Source: the human T2T-CHM13v2.0 reference genome, Homo sapiens
Strand: one strand, 5' to 3'
Assembly: GCF_009914755.1 (NCBI RefSeq)
Contig: NC_060948.1
DNA: 64,000 bases
Within the stretch, counting starts at the first letter, position 1. Every line of letters begins with the position of its first letter. Both the position numbers and the translations under genes were made by a program. Below, one piece after another: positions 1 to 10,490 of the stretch. Under the pieces are notes generated by a model, which worked only from the letters and a program-made list of their open reading frames with translations, did not search any database and was not told the origin of the DNA.

Positions 1-819
1 CTGAACACGGTTTTCTCCTGGGTGCTCCCACAGACCCTGGGCCTGCGCAGCCCAGCCCAGCCCAGCCCATGCCCCGCACCCGTAGGCTCTGGGGGCCCGC
101 TCCCCAGCAGACCCGCTCCCTGCAAGACCCACGGGCGTCGCCCTGCTGTGAACCTGGTCCCACACCTACGTGGACCCAGGTTTCCTGAGGAGCTCCGCTG
201 GACCCGCAGATCCCGCACTGGCCAAAGGGCTCCGGTCCCCAGCAGGCTCAACTGCGCACAGGAGCTCGGGAGCCAGAGGCCCCGGCCCTGGGCTTGCAGA
301 GCCCCACCAACAGGCACCGCAACCGCTGCTGCGGGTGCGGGAGCCTCTGGGTCGTCAAGGCAGCGCACAACAGCGTGCGCGCAGGCCGACAATGGCCAAC
401 CCTGGCGGCTGGCCTCTGGTGTGCCCAGGGCATAGGACAAGAGGCCCTTTGGAATGCTCCTTGGAGTACAGCATCCTCAGGGAGGAAGCATGGTACTCGG
501 AGCCTCTATTTGCCTCGACCTGTGAGAGTGTGTGCCGGGGCTCTGGCCTCTACAGCAGATCAATTCCACCTCAGCACCGGCAGGCGACTTTCCTCCCACG
601 TGCCCGCCCCGATCACTTCCCCCAGGACACCCCTGCCGCCCTAGCCCCAGCAACCAGAGAGAGTTCTCTGCATCTGCTGTATTACCTCCGTACCATCTAC
701 CTGGCCTGCCTAACGAAGAGAGATGTTTCCTGTGTTCATGACACATAGAGATGTTCATGGCTTGCCACACTGAGGATGTCAGGGCACAGGGCTGCCATGC
801 CCACAATTCCAAAGGCCAC

Positions 820-1064
820 GCAGCCCGCGTGTGCCCGGATGCCTAGCTACCCGGCACAAGCTCCAAGGGCTTCTCGGAGGAGGCTTGGGCAGGGAAGGCG
901 GGGGGGTGGGGGGGCTGGAGATGCAGGCCCGCCAGTGGCTGTGCCGCCCAGGGAGACGCCCACCGCCCTCCCATTGATTGGCCACGACGGGAGGAAGTCG
1001 GCCTGGGTGCGGCCCCCCGGCCCTTCGCGCGCAGTCCCTTAGGGGGCGCCTGGAAGCCCGGCGC
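820..1064 (+). promoter_or_regulatory. GC/CpG-rich TATA-less TSPY promoter with G-tracts/GC boxes and an inverted CCAAT box (ATTGG 977-981); repeated at ~21130-21374, ~41407-41651, ~61715-61959
   Basis: CpG-dense sequence, CCGCCC motifs and TGATTGGCC lie about 85 bp upstream of the ATG. Confidence 0.7.
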
Positions 1065-3627
1065 ATGCGCCCTGAGGGCTCGCTGACCTACCGGGTGCCA
1101 GAGAGGCTGCGGCAGGGTTTCTGTGGCGTGGGTCGGGCAGCACAGGCCTTGGTGTGTGCGAGTGCCAAGGAGGGCACCGCCTTCAGGATGGAGGCTGTGC
1201 AGGAGGGGGCGGCCGGGGTGGAGAGTGAGCAGGCGGCTTTGGGGGAGGAGGCGGTGCTGCTGTTGGATGACATAATGGCGGAGGTGGAGGTGGTGGCGGA
1301 GGAGGAGGGCCTCGTGGAGCGGCGGGAGGAGGCCCAGCGGGCACAGCAGGCTGTGCCTGGCCCTGGGCCCATGACCCCAGAGTCTGCACTGGAGGAGCTG
1401 CTGGCCGTTCAGGTGGAGCTGGAGCCGGTTAATGCCCAAGCCAGGAAGGCCTTTTCTCGGCAGCGGGAAAAGATGGAGCGGAGGCGCAAGCCCCACCTAG
1501 ACCGCAGAGGCGCCGTCATCCAGAGCGTCCCTGGCTTCTGGGCCAATGTTGTATCCTTCTCAGTGTTTCTTCGGCCTTTCTAGTGGAGAGGTGCTCTCGG
1601 GGAAGTGTAAGTGACCGATGGGCAGCTCGGCGTCGATGTGACTCTTTGGGGAACAAAGGGGAGTTGCCACGGACCAGTGTGGCTGTGGAAAGCCGGAGCA
1701 GGCGTGGGTACTATTGTCCTGCATGCGGCAGAGAAACCCTTGGTGATGCCGAGCAGCAGACGTTTGGGGCATCTTTTTGAAGAGCAGAAGCGAGTTCAGA
1801 GCGGAAGAGGTTTTTCAGTGAATGAAGCTATTTTTAAGGGAGTGTGATTGCTGCCCCTTGCTAGTCCGATCTGGGACTGGGCGTCTTCGGCTATAAGCAG
1901 ATTCTGCCACTCCTCAGACACCAGCAAGTCTCTGCAAATCGCGCCTCCCCATGTCAGTGCAGTCAGCCTCAGAATCATACACCCTCTGTGAACACAGGAG
2001 GCCTTAGTTTAAGGGGAGGGGGAGGCGAAAGGAGATCATACATGGAAGCAGATCTGAGAAATCCCCTACCCCAGCCTCTGGGTGCTCTTAGGCCTTCTTC
2101 CCTGTTGCTCCTCGCTTTCCCTTCCATCGTGTGTAAAGTCTCTTTGACCTAAATCAGATTGCAAACCACCCCCAGATGTCAGCCCTGATCACTGACGAAG
2201 ATGAAGACATGCTGAGCTACATGGTCAGCCTGGAGGTGAGGCCAGGAAGACTGGGGCTAGAGGGTTTAGCGGGGGAGGGTAAGGGAAATAATTCATTCCT
2301 GTAAGCAAGAGTGAGCACCTCACCCGAAAACCTATCTAAGCTTTCTCCACCTTGTCCTGACAGGTGGAAGAAGAGAAGCATCCTGTTCATCTCTGCAAGA
2401 TCATGTTGTTCTTTCGGAGTAACCCCTACTTCCAGAATAAAGTGATTACCAAGGAATATCTGGTGAACATCACAGGTGACAGGTGGCTCCCAGGATGGGT
2501 AGTGGAAGGAAGATGGTGGGTGGATCATTGCCAACGGGATCCAGCCCCCTTCCCACAAAAACTCCTGTCTCTGTAGAATACAGGGCTTCTCATTCCACTC
2601 CAATTGAGTGGTATCCGGATTATGAAGTGGAGGCCTATCGCCGCAGACACCACAACAGCAGCCTTAACTTCTTCAACTGGTTCTCTGACCACAACTTCGC
2701 AGGATCTAACAAGATTGCTGAGGTGAGTCCTCACTGGGAAACATGAGGAATGACCCCATGTGTTCCCAGCTGCTTGGGTCACCTTTCTGAGCCCTGATGA
2801 GGCCTTTCCCGATTGAGTCCCCTGACAGATCCTATGTAAGGACCTGTGGCGCAATCCCCTGCAATACTACAAGAGGATGAAGCCACCTGAAGAGGGAACA
2901 GAGACGTCAGGTGAGCCGTTAGTTGGCACTGGAGCTGTTTGATGCCCAGTATAAGGGGGTTGACACACCTGCCTATTCAGGGAGCCTGGGTGCTCATTTC
3001 AGAAATGTAGAAATTGAGGCTCCTTTCGTACATGTAGAAATTCCTTGAGAGGAAGACAGAGAGTGACAGAATCCAGGACGTTCATGGCATTGGGCTGAAA
3101 AGGCACGTTAGAGACTGCACTGCAAAGCGGGTGATAGCTGTGGAGTCTTAAGCCCAGTGAAGAATCGTCCATTTCCAGAATCAATGAGAAGTAAAGCTGA
3201 AAATCATTCAGTTCAGTCTGTGGCACTTGATTCCACGGCTGTCAACCCCACCGGCAGTCATCCCACCAACCCCATGAGATTGGGCTCCCTGAATGTGCGT
3301 CCTGGTCATCCTTGCCCCAAACCACAAAGGACTGTTTAGATTGATGGATTTCCTTAAGCTGTTGCCCCATCAGACTTGTGTGTGCTTTTAGGGCCCAGTG
3401 CATCTTGTTAGCTGACTCCCCTCACAGACAATACTGGGAATGGGGCAGGGATTGCGCAGAACAGTTTGTAACACGTGGTAGGAGGAAGTTTAAGGGATCA
3501 CAAATGGGGAAGGGATATCCTTTTCTCAGCGGGCCCCACAATTGAAACATTTCAAAGTATGGCTCAGAGAAAATGCGTTTTAACATGAGTTTGTGTTTCT
3601 CTAGGGGACTCCCAGTTGTTGAGTTGA
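1065..3627 (+). CDS. TSPY: Testis-specific Y-encoded protein, copy 1 (intact, 308 aa); coding exons 1065-1550, 2158-2235, 2364-2475, 2577-2722, 2829-2910, 3605-3627
   Basis: Spliced translation is [17 protein letters not shown]...PGFWANV|[26 protein letters not shown]|VEEEKHPV...EYLVNIT|[12 protein letters not shown]...NKIAE|[14 protein letters not shown]...ETS|GDSQLLS*. All introns are GT..AG and NAP/SET motifs are present. The numbered paralog (TSPY1/3/8/10 etc.) cannot be assigned from sequence alone. Confidence 0.96.
1551..2157 (+). other. U12-type (minor spliceosome) GT-AG intron 1 of TSPY; also 21861-22467, 42138-42744, 62446-63052
   Basis: The 5' splice site is GTATCCTT (U12 consensus RTATCCTT). 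A branch-like TCTTTGAC lies at 2141-2148, about 10 nt before the AG, with no polypyrimidine tract between them. Confidence 0.8.
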
Positions 3628-3797
3628 ATATGATGGAGCATCAGATTTTACCTAATACAGCAGAACTCCTAAAAAGTTACAGCCATATGCAGGACGGCAG
3701 TACTCAGCATGGTCTTATGCACAGGAACTAAAGGAAAAAGAGATCGAGTCACAAAAATTCAGGAAGAGGGGGTAAATGTGGATTGTATGGAATGAAA

Positions 3798-3803
3798 AAT
3801 AAA
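3798..3803 (+). terminator. TSPY polyadenylation signal AATAAA followed by a GT-rich downstream tract (also ~24108 and ~44386)
   Basis: AATAAA lies about 170 nt after the stop codon, followed by (TG)n at ~3815-3885. Confidence 0.8.
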
Positions 3804-3824
3804 CATTCTCAAGGATGTGTGACT

Positions 3825-3885
3825 CTGTGTCTGTGTGTGTGTGTGTGTCTTTGTGTTTGTGTGTGTGTGTGTCTGTGTGTGTATG
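3825..3885. repeat. Compound (TG)n microsatellite, length-variable between units (also ~24135-24193, ~44413-44475)
   Basis: Directly visible interrupted TG repeats. Confidence 0.9.
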
Positions 3886-6544
3886 TTTATCCACTTTATT
3901 CGGGTGTCATAATGAATTGATCAATCCACGTGCTTTATTCTCTTCATGGAAATAACCAGTCTGCGTTGGAGCTGGGCCTCTAAAGTTGTAGAGTGAATGG
4001 GTGTGGGATGTGTTGGGATTCTTCCTACAGGACAGAGTGGGAGAGGTAAAAGCAAAAGACAGCTTAGTTGGAGGCTGACTTCGTCCTATGGAAGCAGAGA
4101 TAGTTCAAGGAAAGGGGTTACTGGGTTTCCAGGGCCCAGTTTGCTGGGACCTCCAAAATCCTTCATTTTGGGTATCATCATACACAGTAGCTAAGCACAG
4201 GATGATGGAAATCTTAAAGTTCGCTTTCGTGTTGAATCCACATGTTCTTTTAAAGGTGAATGCATGATCCTTTTCTGGGACAATCAGCCTCTCAGGACTT
4301 CTGAAACATCAACGTGAGAAGAAATGGGCATGTAAGGTGTATGGAGGGACTGTGGGAAAGGTGACAGAGGCATGTGGGAAGGCATTCAGGATACGCTTTT
4401 GGCAGAGATGACTAAGGGAAAACAGAAACTTACAGAAGTGAGGGGAAAGGGGGTGGATTAGTGGAATATAAGATTGTTGGAGAATCCATCCATGGACTCT
4501 CTTCTCACTTGATGACCCAGGATATGGACACTCTTGTTGATGTTTACATCTTTAGTTGTTTTAAGCTTTTCTCCAAGATTCTGTGTTAGGTGAGGAGCCA
4601 ATAACGTATGTAGCTAACAACAGTACGAGTGCATTTTGTGCTCTTGCAAAGTCTAGTGAGGCTCTATTCTCCCTCGTGATTGGCACTGCAGATTGTATCT
4701 GGACCCAGGGCCCCTAAATTTTCTGTGGCCTCTTCAGCATAGTTTGCCTAAGGTTTAGAACGTAAAGCGAATATAGTTGCGGAATATGTTTTGCAAGCCT
4801 CACACAGGAGGACAAAACATACAGCTTTCATTCGCGAGTGGGAGGCTGCTTCCCAGGAACACGTGTGTCTGCACAAGACAAGGGGTTGCCTCTGTCAAGG
4901 ATGGGGCAGGAGGATTTCAGTGTCGGAGGCAGAACTTTCTTTCCTGTTCCCAGATGAAACAGTTCCAACACGAGCATCCATGTTGACCACACGCTACTAG
5001 AGTGCTAACATTGCTGTCCTGTATAGACTCCAGTCAGCACAGCTTCTGTGAGAAGAGCTATGTTGTTTCAGGGAAGAGGGTTTGACAGTCAAAGTTCCTG
5101 AATCTGTTGTGGTGCCTGCAATATGCATTCTACCCCTCCTGCTCGGTGTCAAAGCAGTTGAGCTTTGAAAATCTATCGCCCGGTTTTGTCCCTGCTCCTA
5201 TGCAGACCTCTGAAGCTCTGGAGCGGGAGTCTTGTCCTCCTCTGACTACCGTCCCCCTGACCCACAAACACAGGAGAAACAGGTGTTCTAAGCAAATTAT
5301 TCTGAAAACAGTCGGAACACTTTGGCCCCCTCAAGCTGCCCTGTATCCTACTGTGTGCATGTCAAAGACACTGTGGTCCAGTACGGTATCCCTATAGCGG
5401 CAATGGGGCAACAGATTGGTGTGTGCACTCTGGGCAACTCAGATTAGGAAACATCTGGGGACTTGCCTATAACGAGGTCGTCTTAAAACGTGTTGCCCCA
5501 AATTTAAGGCATAGGAAAATGTTGAGGAAAGGGTCTTGCAATGATTTTTCTAGGAGGTAAATAGATAAGAAAATGACCGTAAATAGATGCCAGGGCTAGT
5601 TTTGGAGCTAGCCTTTTTTAAAGTGGTGGTAGGGGAGGAGGTTTTTCCAAGGCAGGTAGCAAACCAGGAACTGTCTACGATGGATGGGCGTGCCATGGGT
5701 TGGTGGCTCAGCCATATTGCCACCCCACGGAGTCGATGCAGCAGACTGGGCTTCTTGCTTGAATCCTACGTGCAATTCAGTCTAGTGATTTCACATGAGA
5801 TCCCTTCTTCTGGTATTATCACAGATCGTGCTGAATTATACAGGCTGTGTAATGCTTCTTCCACTGAATATCCGTGCACGTGGGCCACAGATGCTAAGGG
5901 CACTGACAAATTTGCACCGTGCCTCAGTAACTCGGAAGCACATCTGTGATTTGTACCGACAGGGACTTGGTGTCTTTTCGTGTTTAAAGTAGCACGTGTG
6001 TGTTTGTGGTTGCGTATGTTTATTTCTCTGTGCGGGTTTGTATATTTTCTCTGACTCCACCTGTGTCTCCGTGGTTCCGATATTTTTCCACACTCCCTGC
6101 GACAATTTGCACATGCCTATCTCTACAACCATTGTAGACTTTGTATCTGTGTCTTTGAACATCTGTCACTCTCTCTCCCTTCCTTTTTTCTTTTCCTTCC
6201 TTTACACCCCTCCTTTCATCCTTCCCTTGCTTCCCCACCACACTCTCTCCATCTGTATCGTCTATGTTTCTATTCTCTATCTGGGTTTACTTTCTAATTC
6301 TGAATTCAAGGGCATTGAATTGAAAAGAAGCACTCTTCGTACTTTTATGTGTTTTAACTCATTTGGGGAATTTGGCGTGGTATTATTTACAGGGTTCTCT
6401 CTGCCCTTTCTCATTGTTCTCCCCAGCCGGGGCTGTTATTATGTGAAAGCTGGTTTCCTTCATCACATCGCGTAGGCTCTAATGATGTTTCGTTTATTTT
6501 GATTCTCCTCACACTACATAGTTTTAATTTACCTAATGTGACTG

Positions 6545-6850
6545 TTTTTTTGTTTGTTTTCCGAGAATGGGTCTTACTCTGTCTTCTAGGTTGGACAGCA
6601 GCCCCACGATCTCAGCCCACTGCAGCCCAGGCACCACACACCCATGTGATCCTGTCAACTCAGACTCTCACACACCTGGCAGTACAGGTGCATGCCACCC
6701 CTCCAAGCTATGTATTAATTAACTAAATACTTACTTTTTGAATGTGGGTCCATGTTGCCCCAGGCTCATCTGGAACTCCTGAGTGCAGGCAATCCTCCCA
6801 CCTCAGCTTATCAAAGTGCTGGGATGACAGGTGTGACCCATGGCCCTGCC
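6545..6850 (-). mobile_element. Old diverged Alu (AluJ-like), antisense; also ~26851-27156 and ~47136-47441
   Basis: A T-rich tail is followed by GGGTCTTACTCTGTC...GAACTCCTGAG...CAATCCTCCCACCTCAGC...AAAGTGCTGGGATGACAGGTGTGA. Confidence 0.75.
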
Positions 6851-6990
6851 ATGGCTTTGTGTTTTTTGCTTTTTTCTTCCTCCTCCTCACGTCTTGTTTT
6901 GAAACATGCACTGAAGGTTTCAATTCATGGACTGTAGTCTCTGTGCCTGGAATTTCTATCTTTCAACTCATCATCAGCATTCATTGGGAT

Positions 6991-6994
<4 letters not shown>

Positions 6995-7045
<51 letters not shown>

Positions 7046-7160
7046 AGAATACCTATGTACACACATATATATGTATATACATGTATATACGTATATATGC
7101 ACATTTATATACGTATATACATGTATATACGTATATATATACATGTACACATATGTATTT
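6995..7160. repeat. (AT)n microsatellite plus TATAC(A/G)T(G/A) low-complexity tract; also ~27301-27435 and ~47586-47735
   Basis: (AT)22 in unit 1, (AT)5 in unit 2 and (AT)14 in unit 3. Confidence 0.92.
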
Positions 7161-7289
7161 ATTTCTCAAGTTACGAAACGGCTTGCATTCTTTCCTGTGT
7201 CATGAAAAAGACTTTGCTAGAAAAGAAAAGCACTGCTTTATAATAAAATATTTTATTTGCATTTATTTTGTTAAGGCATTTTAAAAATT

Positions 7290-9030
7290 GTATGTTTGTT
7301 TAAAAAATGTCATATGAAATGATACATATTTACAACTTAAGGCGTGATGTTCAACAGGTCATATACATTATGCATTGGATACATCCAGCCAATCAACATA
7401 TGTGTGACCTCACATAGTTGTCATTTTTGTTGTGAAAAAACTTGACTTGCACTGTATTCGAATATTTTTAGAGAAAGAATATGTTACCACTAGTTATAGT
7501 GAGCATGCTGAAGAAAATATTTTTAACCTATTCCTCCTTTATAACTAGAAGTATGAGTTCTTCATCCAGCATCTCGTCAGTGCACCCTCTTCACCGCAGT
7601 CATTGGAGTCACTACTTCTGTGAAGTCCGCTTTTTTGATTTCATATAAGAATGAGATCATGTGCTATTTTCCTTTCTGATACCTGGCTTATGTCACTTAA
7701 CAGAATGGCATGCACACATTCAGCAGATTCCCACACATTCTCACAACTGGCAGGATTTCCTGATTTCTTATTGCAGCGCATATTTCCGTTGCGCATATGC
7801 GTTTTTGCCCCATTTTTTAATCCACTTATCAATGGAGGGACACTCAGGTTGCTTCCGCATTTTGGCTACAGCAAAAATGTAATGAGTGCAGCAATAATTG
7901 CATGGGTGCGCGCACCGCTTCAACATACTGATCTGTGTACTGGCGGGCGTGCCCGGGTATTCTGATTTGCTGGATCATATAGTGGGTGGTTCTACTTGTA
8001 GATTTCTGAAGGCTGTTTATACTTAAATAAGAGCCATAAAGCTTCTTTAATGCCAGCACTAATTTACATTCTCCCCAAAAGTGAGCAGGGAATTCGTTTT
8101 CTCTGCCTCCTCACCAGAGATTAGGGTTTTCTTTTCTTTCTTTTTTTTTTTTTGTTTGTTTGTCTTTCGGATAATATGCATTCTGACTGAAGTGAGAAGA
8201 AATCTCATTGTGTTTTTGATTTGCATTTTCGTGATGGATTGGGGATAATGAGGAATTTTTAGTGTGTCTTCTGGGCAACTGTATGTCTCAGTTTCACAAA
8301 TGAGTCTTCGCAGCCTTCGCCCATTTGTTTTCATGCTATTGAGTTGTTGGGAGTTCCTTATGTACTGTGACTATTCCCCCATGAACAGATGTATGGTGAT
8401 CCAATCATTGCTCCCATCCTGTAGGATGCCCCTTCTGTATGTTGAGTTTTCTATGGTGTGGTGAAGCACTTTAGTTTGATATGATTCCATTCTCTATTTT
8501 TGATGGTGTTTACTGTGTTCTTGCAGTCACTTTGAGACCATCATTGCACACACGGACGCCATGGGGCTTCTTCCTTGTGATCTCTTCTGCTATTTTTATC
8601 GTTTCACATCTGACACTGGAGTTTGGTGATAAATAATCCACTTGTAAAATCCTTTGTGTGGCTATTCAGATTTCCCCAACCTAGTTTATAGAAGATACTT
8701 GATTTTGCATTGGGCGTTCTTGCTTCTTTGGGAAAAGGCTGTGAGCTGCAAATGCAGTGACTTAGTTCTGGGCTCCTGTTGTTTTTCCTAAGCTCTAGTC
8801 TCTGCTTTTCTGCCAGTGCTATTGTATTTTGGTACAAAAAGTTTTGTAGTAGTATATCATGAAGTTAGGTAGTGGGGTGGCTCCAGCTTTGTGCTTTTTA
8901 CTGGATTGCTCTGGGTTTTCAGGATCTTCTGCCATTTCATAGCAAATTTGGGATTCCCAGATTGTTTTTCTAAGAAGAATGTGTCATTGATATTTTTACA
9001 GGGGTTGTATAGAATCTGAGGATGACTCAG
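7290..9030 (-). mobile_element. Old L1 (L1M-type) 3' fragment: ORF2 C-terminus plus 3'UTR, unit 1
   Basis: Minus-strand peptides TKMQIKNTMRFLLTSVRMHIIRK and KSSIFYKLGWGNL resemble the L1 ORF2 C-terminal motifs REMQIKTTMRYHLTPVRMAIIKK and KDSLFNKWCWENW. Boundaries are approximate. Confidence 0.85.
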
Positions 9031-9741
9031 GTAGTAGTGATGTCAATGCCGTTTAGACAATGTGCGTGTTTGTGTGCACAAGCTCAGGGCCAAGAGACAC
9101 TGGGTGTCCTCACCAATACTGAGGTGGGCCTTAATATCCAGCCAGATTGCCTTCTGGAAACACACGGAATGTCCTGTTCTGTTTTGCCATCTCTTCACAT
9201 TTCCTCCCCTGTGAGCCCTGTGTGGTCCTCCAGATTCCCTGTGCGGTGGCCTGCCTTTTTTGGGGTGGGGAGTTGCTGGGTGAATGAGGATGGCGGAGGG
9301 AACCAAGTATGTCAGTGGAGCGTGGTGTCATCCAAACGGTACTTAGCAGGCCTGGGAGAGTCATTCTGGGAGGACGCAGACCTAGAGAGGCCTCAGGTGG
9401 GCATCTGTGTGGAGGGTGAGAGATCCCTGGTTGAGCCCAAACTGAACCCCAGGTAGAAGCAAGCCTCAGGACAGGGAAGTAGCTAGCAAGGGATGATGAG
9501 GGAGCTATCTCTTGACCCTGGCTTCCCACCCATTGACCTTAGCTACTTGTGCCTATTAAGCAGATTACGGTTCCCCCATCGTGAAATGTGGGTACCACAG
9601 TTCCCTGATGGGCATTTCTCCACCAGCCCATGATGGCCTGAGTTTCCTTACTGCAGTCTCCTCCCTGAGCCTTGGCTTCTCTATGTGTGTCCTAACTCCA
9701 GGACCCACAGGCCTGTCAACCCCCAGCCCTGGGCTGCTTCC

Positions 9742-10490
9742 CTGGCCTCTTCTCTGTTCCCTCTCTGAGGGCCTAACTCCCTTGGGTAGTGCTGCAGAAT
9801 ATAGAGCCACAGGCCCTGGCTGATGATCTGGTGGACTGGGCAAATTGGTCGTGACAGGTCAGGTTCTGGTTCAAAGCCAATTCCTCCGATGCCAAGGAAT
9901 GTCGAAGAAGGTCCTTTGCCATGATGCCCCATAGCTGCCCCACCTCAGCAATCGTGCCGTAACCTGGGCCCTCACAGTCAGACAACCAGCTGAAGAAGCT
10001 CAGGCAGTGACCTGCGGGAAACTCGGGCTTTCACCTGCATGACCCTAGAACCACTGGACTGCAGTGGAGCCAGTCGCCCTGTATCCTGGAGGGAGACGAG
10101 TCAGGAAGGCGCACGCCAGGCCCAGCTTCCGAGGTACTACCCCCTCTACTCCTCAGGGAGGATGCCAACGCAATACTCCTTAGTCGTCACTTTGTTTCCG
10201 AAGTAAATGTTGTGATGAAAGGCAAACTTCTTCCTACCCCTTGTATTCAGGGTGGCCGAGTTCCTCCACCTGCCTGTCCAAGAAGGAGAAACAGGGCTGT
10301 GAAGGGGCAATTTCATCTAGGTGGGCTGAGGTGGCATTCTAGCCGGGGTGAAGCATGCGTTTCCCCTTCCCAGCTTTCCCGCTGAGACACACCTGAGCCC
10401 CAGAAGGACCTCAACCTGACCAGGACCTTAGCACCCTCCCCCAGACCCAGGCTTTCCATCCTGACCTGCAAATCCAACATGCAGCTTTGA
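9742..10490 (-). pseudogene. Second, 5'-truncated inverted TSPY pseudogene fragment (paralog B: end of exon 2 to exon 5), unit 1
   Basis: Minus strand reads SCMLDLQ|gt, then exon3-like from 10269 (VEELGHPEYK..FAFHHNIYFGNKV.TKEYCVGIL), exon4-like 9944-10085 (YRATGSTAVQWF*...LSFFSWLSDCEGPGYGTIAE) and exon5-like from 9827 (IISQGLWLYILQHY). It contains stops and frameshifts. Confidence 0.82.

Noticed and set aside
22-812. Many overlapping 100-200 aa ORFs upstream of TSPY, repeated in each unit
   Set aside because: These arise from stop-codon scarcity in GC-rich DNA. Conservation between units reflects recent duplication, not selection.
978-1064. 29-aa N-terminal extension of TSPY from a TTG start
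   Set aside because: It is an ORF-finder alternative start inside the promoter CCAAT box and is absent from the track in copies 3-4. The ATG at 1065 gives the known 308-aa protein.
6742-7284. 180-aa ORF with (IY)n repeats
   Set aside because: It is a translation of an antisense Alu and an (AT)n microsatellite, and the frame is not conserved between units.
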